A stretch of DNA of 10,534 nt from Candidatus Zixiibacteriota bacterium (GCA_041742355.1 JBGSIV010000113.1:1-10534), one strand, 5' to 3'; counted from the first letter of the stretch, positions 1 to 7,898 are shown. Made by a program: numbers and translations. The notes: generated by a model from the letters alone, not told the origin.

Positions 1-203
1 CTCTCCGTCTCTCTGAACCGCTCCTGCCCCGGATCGGGCGTCGAAGCCCCGGCCAGCACTTCCTTGATGCGGCGGGTCAACTCGTACTCCCGGCGACAGG
101 CCTCGCAGCGGTCTATGTGGTTGCGCACCTCAAGCGCTACCTGCGGCGACAACTCGCCGTCGGCCAGCTCATCAAGGCGCGAAACGACTTCCGGGCACGT
201 CAT
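1..203 (-). CDS. Zinc-binding anti-sigma factor (zf-HC2/ZAS family), N-terminal part; continues beyond the left edge
   Basis: Not in the ORF track. Manual translation from ATG at 203: MTCPEVVSRLDELADGELSPQVALEVRNHIDRCEACRREYELTRRIKEVLAG..., with an N-terminal Cys, DGEL and the HxxxCxxC motif (HIDRCEAC). Starts 1 bp after the ECF sigma stop, with a GGGGAG SD inside the sigma 3' end. Confidence 0.92.
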   Translation of the reverse strand, partial: MTCPEVVSRLDELADGELSPQVALEVRNHIDRCEACRREYELTRRIKEVLAGASTPDPGQERFRETE

Positions 204-204
204 C

Positions 205-780
205 TTACTCCCCTTTCAGCAGTCGTTTCTTGAGAATTTTCTTAAGTTTGGCTCGGGCGATGTGGAGGTTGGACCGGACCGTCGCTTCGGGACACCCGAA
301 AATCACGGCTATCTCCGCCTTCGTGTACCCCTCGATGTCGTGCAGTATGGCGGTTAGCTGCTGTTTCGGAGGAAGTTCCTTTAGCGCCCGCTTGATCTCC
401 TCCAACAGGTACTTATTCTCGTAGTCCTCACTCGGCGTCGGGACCCGCCGCGCCAGATCAATCTGGACATCCCCCGGTAAGGATGAGGCGTCCTCATTTA
501 TCTGGCTGTGACCCTTCTGCTTGCGCAACACGTCGATGGCGTAGTTCGACGCGATCCGCAGGAGGAACGTCGAGAAGTACTTTACATCGGCCAGCTCCTT
601 CCGTCGCTTATATATCCGTACGAACGTCTCCTGGACAACTTCATCGGCGTCCAGATGGTTTCCGAGCACCTGGTACGCCAGAGAATACACCTTCCGCTGA
701 AACCGGCGGACAAGTTCAGCAAATGCGGCGTTGTCTCCTCGTACGAAGCTGTCCACCAACTCCGGGATCGACTTATTCAT
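205..780 (-). CDS. ECF (group 4) RNA polymerase sigma-70 factor
   Basis: 191 aa with region 2 (GDNAAFAELVRRF..., DADEVVQETFVRIY, FSTFLLRIASNYAIDVLRK) and region 4 (ALKELPPKQQ...EGYTKAEIA...EATVRSNLHIARAKLK). Adjacent to an anti-sigma gene. Confidence 0.96.
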   Translation of the reverse strand: MNKSIPELVDSFVRGDNAAFAELVRRFQRKVYSLAYQVLGNHLDADEVVQETFVRIYKRRKELADVKYFSTFLLRIASNYAIDVLRKQKGHSQINEDASSLPGDVQIDLARRVPTPSEDYENKYLLEEIKRALKELPPKQQLTAILHDIEGYTKAEIAVIFGCPEATVRSNLHIARAKLKKILKKRLLKGE

Positions 781-806
781 AACCCCCGAAGTTTCGTTCT
801 ACCGAA

Positions 807-834
807 TTGACGTACAAAGTCGACACCTGTTTAA
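807..834 (-). promoter_or_regulatory. Putative ECF-type autoregulatory promoter (TTAAAC-N16-CGTCAA)
   Basis: Minus strand reads TTAAAC AGGTGTCGACTTTGTA CGTCAA, ending 26 bp before the sigma ATG. Matches the AAAC-N16-CGT(C/A) pattern of SigW/SigM-like ECF promoters. Confidence 0.6.
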
Positions 835-855
835 TCGGTTGGTGCAAAAAACCTG

Positions 856-884
856 TTGACTATACCCAACCGGAAGCATATGGT
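856..884 (+). promoter_or_regulatory. Putative sigma70 promoter of the MFS gene
   Basis: TTGACT (856-861), 17 bp spacer, TATGGT (879-884), upstream of the likely MFS start. Confidence 0.55.
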
Positions 885-945
885 TGCCCGTACTATTTGT
901 CAATCTTTTTTAGGACAACAACTTATACCTGCGGTGGAGCAATCG

Positions 946-2388
946 GTGGATCAGGCGCTCATTCAGGCCAATCGCTACAGATTTTTCCTCGTCGGCGCCG
1001 TCGGAACCTTCATGGCCACCCTCGACGGCTCCATTCTCAACGTCGCCCTGCCCTCCATCGCCGCCGACCTCGGCGCCGATATCGACCTCGTCGCCTGGGT
1101 CGTCCTCGCCTACACCCTCACCGTCATCTCGCTCATGCTCATCTTCGGCGCTTGGACCGAACGTAAAGGGTACGAATTCGCCTACAAATTCGGCTACATC
1201 TTCTTCGTCGTCGGCTCCCTCGCCTGTGCCCTCAGCCCCGCGATCTACCCGCTCATCGGCGCCCGCGTCGTCCAGGGCATCGGCTCCGCCATGTTCCAGG
1301 CCGTCGGCCCCGGCCTCGTCGCCACCGTCTTTCCCGCCGAACAACGGGGGAGAGGCATCGGCCTGATGGTCATGATGGTCGCCGCCGGCCTCATGGCCGG
1401 CCCCCCGATCGGCGGCTTCCTCCTCCAGTTCTTCCCCTGGCAGGCCATCTTCGTCATCAACCTCCCCATCGGGATCGTCGGCATCGCGCTTGCCGCCCGC
1501 TACTTCCGGCTCCTGCCCAAACCCGATCTCCGCGCCCCCATGCACCTCGCCGGCGGCCTCGCCATCGCCCTGTCGCTCAGTTCCGGTACCTTCGCTCTCT
1601 CCATGCTCGCCGACCACGCCCTCACCAGCCTCCCGGTGATCGTTCCCGCCGCCGTCGCCGTCCTTGCCTTCCTCGCCTTCCTCCACTTCGAATCCCGCCC
1701 CGGCAAAAACCTCATCGGCCTCACTATGTTCCGCAATCGCCAGTTTGCCACCGCCATCACCGCCGCCATCCTCATCTTCGTTTCCATGTCCGGCGCCCTC
1801 ATCCTGATGCCCTTCTACCTCCACCACATCAAGAACCTCGAACCCAGTACCATCGGCCTCTACCTGGTCATCCTTCCCGCCATCATGTTCATTTTCGCCC
1901 CGCTCTCCGGACGGCTCTCCGACAAGATCGGCTTCCGCTTCCTCACCACCCTCGGCATGGCCCTCGCCGCGCTTGGCCTGTACCTCTTCACCCGCATCCA
2001 GGTCGACTCCACCGCCGCCTACATCATCACCGCCCTCGTCGTCGTCGGCATCGGCGTCGCCATCTTCAACACCCCCAACTCCTCCAGCATCATGGGCTCC
2101 GTCTCCACCGCCGAACGCGCCCGCGCCTCCAGCATCATCGGCACCTCCCGCAACATCGGCACCTCCGTCGGCATCGCCTTGGCCACCGCCCTTTTTGCCT
2201 TCTTCCGTTCCGCCTATGCCCCGGAAATCCCCGACCAATCCCAGCTCTTCGTGGTCGCCTACCACCGCGTCGCCTGGATCATGCTCCTGGTCGCTATCGC
2301 GGCCCTGCCGTTTTGCGTCGTCCGCCAGAACCGCCCCCGTCCTGCTATCCCGGATACCGCCCCCGCCCACCTCGGCGAGGTCGACTAA
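946..2388 (+). CDS. MFS transporter, DHA2 (EmrB/QacA-like, 14-TMS) drug:H+ antiporter family
   Basis: Motifs LDGSILNVALP (D1), ARVVQGIGSA (B), AGLMAGPPIGG (C), WQAIFVINLPIG (H) and SGRLSDKIG (A-like). Start placed at GTG 946 (GGAG SD at 936-939) rather than TTG 856, which coincides with the -35 box. Confidence 0.93.
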   Translation: MDQALIQANRYRFFLVGAVGTFMATLDGSILNVALPSIAADLGADIDLVAWVVLAYTLTVISLMLIFGAWTERKGYEFAYKFGYIFFVVGSLACALSPAIYPLIGARVVQGIGSAMFQAVGPGLVATVFPAEQRGRGIGLMVMMVAAGLMAGPPIGGFLLQFFPWQAIFVINLPIGIVGIALAARYFRLLPKPDLRAPMHLAGGLAIALSLSSGTFALSMLADHALTSLPVIVPAAVAVLAFLAFLHFESRPGKNLIGLTMFRNRQFATAITAAILIFVSMSGALILMPFYLHHIKNLEPSTIGLYLVILPAIMFIFAPLSGRLSDKIGFRFLTTLGMALAALGLYLFTRIQVDSTAAYIITALVVVGIGVAIFNTPNSSSIMGSVSTAERARASSIIGTSRNIGTSVGIALATALFAFFRSAYAPEIPDQSQLFVVAYHRVAWIMLLVAIAALPFCVVRQNRPRPAIPDTAPAHLGEVD

Positions 2389-2486
2389 CCCCCTCCTGGC
2401 CCCACGTTTCCGGTAACCTTCTCCCGGCCCCTCCCTTCCAGCCTGTATTGGACCGCCAGCCCCCCAAATTCCCGCTCAATTTGCAG

Positions 2487-2515
2487 TTGACAGCCGCCGA
2501 TAGCCCTGTTATACT
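2487..2515 (+). promoter_or_regulatory. sigma70 promoter of tRNA-Ala
   Basis: TTGACA (2487-2492), 17 bp spacer ending in TGn, TATACT (2510-2515), 18 bp upstream of the tRNA. Confidence 0.85.
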
Positions 2516-2533
2516 GGCGAACCTACAGGTCAT

Positions 2534-2606
<73 letters not shown>

Positions 2607-2612
2607 CAAATT

Positions 2613-2646
2613 AAAAACCCCGCGCTCCGCGGGGTTTTCTTATTTT
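2613..2646 (+). terminator. Intrinsic terminator after the tRNA, possibly bidirectional
   Basis: AAAACCCCGCG-CTC-CGCGGGGTTTT hairpin followed by a T-rich tail and preceded by an A run. Confidence 0.85.
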
Positions 2647-2665
2647 CGGCTGGGACTAAAGTCTT

Positions 2666-2693
2666 GTAGGTCAGGACCCTCGCGGTCCTGACA
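2666..2693 (+). repeat. GTAG-tagged REP-like palindrome
   Basis: GTAG-GTCAGGACC-CTCGC-GGTCCTGAC-A, perfect 9-bp stem. Same architecture at 2740, 9881 and 9961. Confidence 0.75.
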
Positions 2694-2739
2694 TTGACTC
2701 AACACCAACGCACAGATTGACCCTCCCCCCAAAAAGCCT

Positions 2740-2834
2740 GTAGGTCGAATCCCTTTTGCCTCCACCTCATCTCACCCGCACATCAACGCTTCGACTGCTC
2801 CCAATTCACCCCCGCCGCCCAGAGGGATTTGACA
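2740..2834 (+). repeat. GTAG-tagged REP-like element with a long loop
   Basis: GTAG-GTCGAATCCC (2740-2753) ... GGGATTTGAC-A (2824-2834): 10-bp stem with one G:T pair around a 70-nt loop. Confidence 0.5.
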
Positions 2835-2850
2835 TCGCCCCCCGCCCCCC

Positions 2851-5181
2851 CTACCTCCCCCGCATCAACTCCCGCACATTCGCATCCCCCGGAAACCGCT
2901 CCGCCGCCTCCTGAAGAACCGAATCCGCCGCCACCAACCGCCCCGTCGCCTTATACCCGCCATACAAATTCAAATACGCCTCCGGCAACCCCGGCGCCAG
3001 CTCCACCGCCCGCAGGCTATACTCGATCGCCGGCCCCACCCGGCCCGCCATCCCTTCGATATACGACAGCTGAATCGCCGCCATCGCCCGCTGATTGTCG
3101 ACATTCTCGCGGCTGTTCCGATGCTTGTGACGGAACGCCTCGTGATCCATCTCGATCGCCGGCGGCTCTGCCTCCAGCGCCATCCGGAAGAACTCTCCCG
3201 CCGCCGACGCCTGCTCCCGGTTGAGCAGGTAGTCGCCGATCGCCGTCAGCAGGAACACGTCGTTCCCCGTCCGCTTCGCCGCCGCTTTCGCCTCCGCCAG
3301 GAACAGCATCTGCGACACCGTGCTGTCCGCCTGCAGCGCCTCGATCACCGCCATATTCGGCCCGTACGCATACGGCTCCCGCTCGACCGCCGCCTGGGCG
3401 TAGGGGAGAGCCGCCTGCGGATTCCCCCGCATCAGGTGCGCGTACGCCAGGTTCGTCCAGGCGTTCGCATACCACGGATTCACCTCCGTCTCCTTCTTCA
3501 GGTACGCCATCCCCGAATCGATCTGCTGCTTCTGCAGAAGCACCGTCCCCAGGTTCGTGTTGATCCCCGGCCACGTTGGGTCGATCTGCGCCGCCTGGCG
3601 GAAAAACCGCCCCGCCAGCTCGTAATCCCCCGTCGAGTAGTGGTAGGTCCCCGCCTCGATCAGCGCGTGTGTCGACACCCCCTCCGCCTCCGGCGGAGCA
3701 ATCAGGTACGACACCACCGCGACCACCACGCCCGCCGCCACAACCCCGATCCCCCGATTCGTGCTCTCCCGCCACACCCCCGCCACCCGCACCACTCCGT
3801 ACCCCGCCAGCACGAAAAACACCGGCCACAACGGCAGGCTGAACCGCGTCGCATAGAAAAACAGCGCCCCCGACAGGATCGACAGTACCACAAACACCAC
3901 CAGCCACCGCAGCGGCCGACTCCGCCACGCCCCCGCGAGAAGCCCGATCACCGCCAGCCCGAGCACCGGCGCAAACCGCACCGGGTTGAGATCCAGCAGC
4001 GGCACCCGCTCGATGAACTGATAAAGCTCCCGGTTGTTCGATATCAGCGTATTTGCAAAAAAGAGGCTCAGCTTCTCCCCATACAACGACACAAACCGCC
4101 CCGGATTCTCCATCATCCAGTCGATCGCTTTCCCCGACCAGTACGAGGACACCTCTCCCGGCGTCAACTCCCGCCCGAGATCCTTCTCCGCCAGCATCAC
4201 CGTCGACTCGATTCGCCAGTTCGGTCCGAGCGGGGGAGGGAGCACCGCCGACACCCCGTCCGCCTCCGGGTTGTTTCCGATATACAGGTTGATCCCCCCC
4301 GAACTCGCGATCATCGTCGCATCCCCGGCCATAATTATATTCCGCACCGTCACCGGCCCGATCGTGATCACCAACCCGAGAATCACCATCCCCGCCTGCT
4401 TCACCATCGGCCGTATCCCGGCCATCATCGGCACATCGTCGCTCGTTTGACCGGTCGCCCCGTGACCGATTGCCTCCTGAGCGACTGCCGTGCTCATCTC
4501 CCGCCACCGCACCAGAAGCATCGCCAGCACGACCGGGAGCATCACGAGTGCATTCGGCCGCGTGATCGATGCCACCCCGAGCCAGACCGCAAACCAGAGT
4601 GCATCCTTCGCACTCATTGATCTATACCAGACGACGAACCGGTCCATCGCGACCAGCAGAAGCAGGGTGTAGAGCGGGTCAACCAGGAGCTCCGGCTCGA
4701 AATACAGCGCCATGTAGAACACCGCGTGGATCATCCCCGCCACAAATCCAACCTTCGCCCCAAGGTCCGTCTTCGCCCTCGCCCCCGACTTTACCTCAGC
4801 CTCTGGCGTTGTCCCAAGCCCCGCCTGTGGCCCGAACAGCCGCCGCGCGAACACATACGTCATCCCGACACTCGCCAGCCCGATCAGCACCCCGAACAGC
4901 CGCCCGCCCCACAGCGAGTCGCCGACAATCGCGTAGAGGAGGCCGAGGCACCAGGCGTAGAGCGGCGCCCTGAAATACGTGGTATCGCCGAAAATGTCCC
5001 CCGACGCAATATCCTGCGCCCAGTGGTGGTGGTAGTTGGGGTCGACTGTGAGTTGTTGCCAGTCCGGCAGCGCGTGGTACTGGTAGAGGTACGCGATGCG
5101 CGCAATGATCGCCACCGCGAGGACTATGTACAGCCCATACCGGTCGATCAATCCGTTGTTGTCATTCTTCCTGCGACTCAT
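2851..5181 (-). CDS. GT-C fold membrane glycosyltransferase (ArnT/PMT_2, GT39/GT83-like) with C-terminal TPR repeats
   Basis: N-terminal TM followed by an acidic loop (LTVDPNYHHHWA), FRAPLYAWCLG, ITRPNAL, VTVRN...SSGGINLYIGNNPEADG and FFYATRFSLP. C-terminal TPR-like helices (GDYELAGRFFRQAAQIDP, ANAWTNLAYAHL, AVELAPGLPEAYLNL). Confidence 0.88.
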   Translation of the reverse strand: MSRRKNDNNGLIDRYGLYIVLAVAIIARIAYLYQYHALPDWQQLTVDPNYHHHWAQDIASGDIFGDTTYFRAPLYAWCLGLLYAIVGDSLWGGRLFGVLIGLASVGMTYVFARRLFGPQAGLGTTPEAEVKSGARAKTDLGAKVGFVAGMIHAVFYMALYFEPELLVDPLYTLLLLVAMDRFVVWYRSMSAKDALWFAVWLGVASITRPNALVMLPVVLAMLLVRWREMSTAVAQEAIGHGATGQTSDDVPMMAGIRPMVKQAGMVILGLVITIGPVTVRNIIMAGDATMIASSGGINLYIGNNPEADGVSAVLPPPLGPNWRIESTVMLAEKDLGRELTPGEVSSYWSGKAIDWMMENPGRFVSLYGEKLSLFFANTLISNNRELYQFIERVPLLDLNPVRFAPVLGLAVIGLLAGAWRSRPLRWLVVFVVLSILSGALFFYATRFSLPLWPVFFVLAGYGVVRVAGVWRESTNRGIGVVAAGVVVAVVSYLIAPPEAEGVSTHALIEAGTYHYSTGDYELAGRFFRQAAQIDPTWPGINTNLGTVLLQKQQIDSGMAYLKKETEVNPWYANAWTNLAYAHLMRGNPQAALPYAQAAVEREPYAYGPNMAVIEALQADSTVSQMLFLAEAKAAAKRTGNDVFLLTAIGDYLLNREQASAAGEFFRMALEAEPPAIEMDHEAFRHKHRNSRENVDNQRAMAAIQLSYIEGMAGRVGPAIEYSLRAVELAPGLPEAYLNLYGGYKATGRLVAADSVLQEAAERFPGDANVRELMRGR

Positions 5182-5272
5182 GCGGGGAATATAGGACTTC
5201 CAATCGCGATGCGCACGACAGAAATATGTGATTGCATTCGTCGCGAAGAGAGGCGAGAATAGGAAGTGTGCA

Positions 5273-5374
5273 GAGCTTCCTGGCTGTCACCCTGCGAAGG
5301 CCCGCGAGAGTGCAGGTTGTACTGAGCCTCCTGGCTGTCACCCCGGCGGAGGCCGGGGTCCAGTCACGCTCAGT
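5273..5374 (+). repeat. TGTCA-tagged palindromic repeats upstream of the GIY-YIG gene (one degenerate, one intact)
   Basis: GAGC(T/C)TCCTGGCTGTCACCC at 5273 and 5324. The intact copy TGTCACCCCGGCGGAGGCCGGGGTCCAG (5336-5363) has the 8-bp stem ACCCCGGC/GCCGGGGT. Confidence 0.85.
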
Positions 5375-5406
5375 CCAATCGGTATGAAAGATATTTAGGA
5401 GCCCTC

Positions 5407-5691
5407 ATGCCCCGTTCCTGGGTCTACATCATGGCCTCCCACCGCAACGGTACCCTGTATACCGGCGTGACCACCGACCTTCCGGGTCGCGTCTACCAGC
5501 ACAAGGACGGCACGCTTGCCGGCTTCACGGCCGAGTTCCACTGCCACCTCCTCGTCTACTACGAAGGCTTCGATGACATCCGCCTCGCTATCCAGCGCGA
5601 GAAGATCCTCAAGAAGTGGCACCGAAGCTGGAAGATCCGCCTGATCGAAAAAGTCAACCCCGAGTGGCGCGATCTTTCATCAGAGATATAG
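5407..5691 (+). CDS. Stand-alone GIY-YIG nuclease family protein
   Basis: 94 aa: WVYIM...GTLYTGVTTDLPGRVYQHK (GIY-YIG hairpin and catalytic Arg), LVYYE, AIQREKILKKWHRSWKIRLIEKVNPEWRDL. AGGAG SD at 5397-5401. Confidence 0.93.
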   Translation: MPRSWVYIMASHRNGTLYTGVTTDLPGRVYQHKDGTLAGFTAEFHCHLLVYYEGFDDIRLAIQREKILKKWHRSWKIRLIEKVNPEWRDLSSEI

Positions 5692-5740
5692 TCTCTTGCC
5701 CTGCCTGCCGCCCTGTTCTGCTTAACTGTCTGTCGGACAG

Positions 5741-5930
5741 CCTGGCTGTAACCCCGGTCCGATTCTCCGTCACCCCGGCGGAGGCCGTGGCAAGGGATGA
5801 GGCAGCGCGCACATCAAGAACCTCGTCTCTGTCACCCCGGCGCAGGCTCGGGCAAGGTATGACGCAGCGCGCACATCAAGAACCTCGTCTCCGTCACCCC
5901 GGCGGAGGCCGGGGTCCAGTCACGCTCAGT
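5741..5930 (+). repeat. Tandem array (62-bp period) of CGTCA/TGTCA-tagged palindromes downstream of the GIY-YIG gene
   Basis: Units start at 5764, 5826 and 5888 (TCTCYGTCACCCCGGCG.AGGC...), with a partial copy at 5741. 5893-5930 is identical to 5337-5374 (38 bp). Confidence 0.9.
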
Positions 5931-6032
5931 TCTACCGTATGCAGAGCCGTCCCAACTCCCGCTTCCCGCTGCGATTCACGGGGGGATTACCGGGTGCAAG
6001 TGGTCCCGGCGGATGCGAAGTGCTTTGGAGAG

Positions 6033-6785
6033 TCAGCCTGCCAACGCCTTCAGAAGCGATTGACCCGAGTCCCCCGCGATCTCAGGCATCTCGTCGTACT
6101 GCTTGCCTCGCAGCAGTCGCCCCCTCCGCTTCTTGTTCACCCCACCCCACTGCTTGAAAAAGAAGGCGGTATCCTGTGCGCGGCACTGGTGAAGAATCTC
6201 GTACACCCACTTCTCTTTCATCGGACGCGCACCGGGACCGGATTCCCCGCCTACAACCGCCCAAGCAATCTCCGTGAGATCGAGTGGTCCCAAAGGCTCG
6301 AGGAGAGGTTCAAGCGACAGCCATTTGAGTGCGGCCGGGGTCTTTCGTAGGTCATCAATTCTGAATTTGTATATAGGGCCCTCAACCGTTACACCCATCC
6401 ATAGGTTGATAGGCCAGTCGAGCTTATCAGCCGCCCGCAAGAGCCTTTTGGACCGTTTCGTTAACACTTGGAAAATGTGCTGGGGGCACCTGTCGATAAC
6501 ATCGAAGATCTGCTGAACGTAATCTAGCGGCACGCGCTCGTGGAACAGGTCCGACATCGAGTTGACAAAGATCACTCGCGGTCGTTTCCAAGTGGTCGGC
6601 TGTTCAAGCACGTCTGGGTGCAAGGTGACATCGAATCCGTTACGATACTTCTTGACACCCATTGCTTGGAGGCGTTTCGCCATTCGGTCCGCATAGCAAT
6701 GGTCGCACCCCGGACTGACTTTGTCGCAGCCGGTGACAGGGTTCCAGGTCGAACTGGTCCATTCTATGCGAGAATTAGAGGCCAT
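6033..6785 (-). CDS. Phage Gp37/Gp68 family (DUF5131) three-Cys-motif, radical-SAM-like protein
   Basis: SRIEWT..TWNPVTGCDKVSPGCDHCYA (CX6CX2C), IFVNSMSDLFH, HIFQVLTKR, LSLEPLL, WAVVGGESGPGARP and FFFKQWGG are all hallmark motifs of the family. Confidence 0.95.
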   Translation of the reverse strand: MASNSRIEWTSSTWNPVTGCDKVSPGCDHCYADRMAKRLQAMGVKKYRNGFDVTLHPDVLEQPTTWKRPRVIFVNSMSDLFHERVPLDYVQQIFDVIDRCPQHIFQVLTKRSKRLLRAADKLDWPINLWMGVTVEGPIYKFRIDDLRKTPAALKWLSLEPLLEPLGPLDLTEIAWAVVGGESGPGARPMKEKWVYEILHQCRAQDTAFFFKQWGGVNKKRRGRLLRGKQYDEMPEIAGDSGQSLLKALAG

Positions 6786-6794
6786 GCAAGTGAC

Positions 6795-7898
6795 TCACCG
6801 GAATGTCGCAGCTCGTTGATTTCCTAATGTCGGATTGCCGTCGCGGATAGGTCGCTGTTCCATCGGAATGTCAATTACGACCGCCCCTTGTGTTTCGAGC
6901 ATATTAAGGGCATCCTTGATGTTCCTATCCAGGTATACGCAGCCTGACTGATGAAGATCATCACAAATCTGTCCTATTGTGATTGACTTGCCAGCGTATC
7001 TCCTCCTCAATATGCCCGCTACCTTATTCAAAGAGAGATGCAACGGCAGGCATTCTTGGCCACGACCAAAATAGCTGAATTCGTAAGTGGGTATGCCATC
7101 GCTGTCGCTCCCGAACTTGCCCATGACTTCCTTCATGATTTTGAATCCCCTCCAATGCTTCGAGATAAAGATCAAGTAATGGCTGGTTCTCTTTCTTCGT
7201 TCAGTTTCGATCCTGTAGGGTAGGAAAAAGCTGACTCCTTGACGAGCGACTGCCTGCTTCAACACAGTCAGAACGGCAGTCTCAAAGGGTCGTCCACATG
7301 CGTGATCTGCCATCGCCTTGCGCACACTAATAAGCCCACTCTTGCCAAAAAGCTGTTCAAAGGAAGCATACTGCCTCTCGTCTTGCAAGTTCCGCTGTAC
7401 GCCGTTCATAGACAGGTAGAACACGCTGTCACAACCCCAGTCTCTCGTGACAATGTGAAGCAGCTCCATGGACACCCCCTTGTATCCATGCGGATCGATG
7501 AAGCAGAAGGTGCCTTCCTCGATGGGAAGAGTCGGTATCAGCCGGCGGTCCACGACCTCTGTATGAACCAAAGGTTGAAATCGCAATTTTGTGGTCGCGG
7601 GGTGGTTAGAAATCACTCCACTGAGGAGTGCGGAAGACTCTAAGTCGCTTTCGTAGAAATGCATGTGCAGCTTCTTCTGCAAGTCCAAGTCGTTTTCGAC
7701 TTGATTTAGCAGTAATACCGGCGTAGAAGGCTCACCGTCATTATACATACCTCTGCCGGAAAATAAGTCTAGGTACGTAAGATCATCACAGTGGCGCTTC
7801 ATTATGGCCGCCCAAGCCGAGAAATATTTGACAACAATCTCGCTTTTTATACGCGAGTGTTCCTTTTGATGTGACCAGAAGGTTCTGACATTTGACAT
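6795..7898 (-). CDS. tcmP: Three-Cys-motif partner protein (TcmP-like), SAM-methyltransferase-like fold with probable C-terminal winged-HTH
   Basis: HSRIKSEIVVKYFSAW, YLDLFSGRGMY.DGEPSTP (SAM-binding-like), FCFIDPHGY and HYLIFISKHWRGFKIMKEVM. Ends 9 bp upstream of the DUF5131 gene. Start moved from 8009 to ATG 7898 on family N-terminus resemblance; no clear SD. Confidence 0.85.
   Translation of the reverse strand: MSNVRTFWSHQKEHSRIKSEIVVKYFSAWAAIMKRHCDDLTYLDLFSGRGMYNDGEPSTPVLLLNQVENDLDLQKKLHMHFYESDLESSALLSGVISNHPATTKLRFQPLVHTEVVDRRLIPTLPIEEGTFCFIDPHGYKGVSMELLHIVTRDWGCDSVFYLSMNGVQRNLQDERQYASFEQLFGKSGLISVRKAMADHACGRPFETAVLTVLKQAVARQGVSFFLPYRIETERRKRTSHYLIFISKHWRGFKIMKEVMGKFGSDSDGIPTYEFSYFGRGQECLPLHLSLNKVAGILRRRYAGKSITIGQICDDLHQSGCVYLDRNIKDALNMLETQGAVVIDIPMEQRPIRDGNPTLGNQRAATFR

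Noticed and set aside
807..835. Plus-strand TTGACG-N17-TTTAAT promoter overlapping the ECF promoter
   Set aside because: The -10 box lacks the conserved A at its second position, and a better candidate lies at 856-884.
910..2370. 486-aa minus-strand ORF
   Set aside because: Antisense shadow of the MFS gene; its G/D/E-rich composition follows from the MFS codon bias.
2743..2766. GGTCGAATCCCTTTTGCCTCCACC resembling the tRNA 3' end (att-like duplication)
   Set aside because: Needs several mismatches and gaps, is better explained as the left arm of a GTAG hairpin, and no integrase is present.
3017..4620. 496-aa (-) and 499-aa (+) ORFs, plus smaller Pro/Arg-rich ORFs
   Set aside because: Alternative-frame or antisense shadows of the glycosyltransferase, with low-complexity translations and no motifs.
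5764..5930. Possible CRISPR array
   Set aside because: The would-be spacers are near-identical, there are only three units, and no cas genes are present.
5616..6350. 244-aa plus-strand ORF
   Set aside because: Overlaps the GIY-YIG gene, reads through the repeat array and runs antisense to DUF5131.
6033..6785. Prophage, suggested by the 'phage Gp37/Gp68' family name
   Set aside because: No structural, replication, lysis or integrase genes in the window; the family also occurs outside phages.
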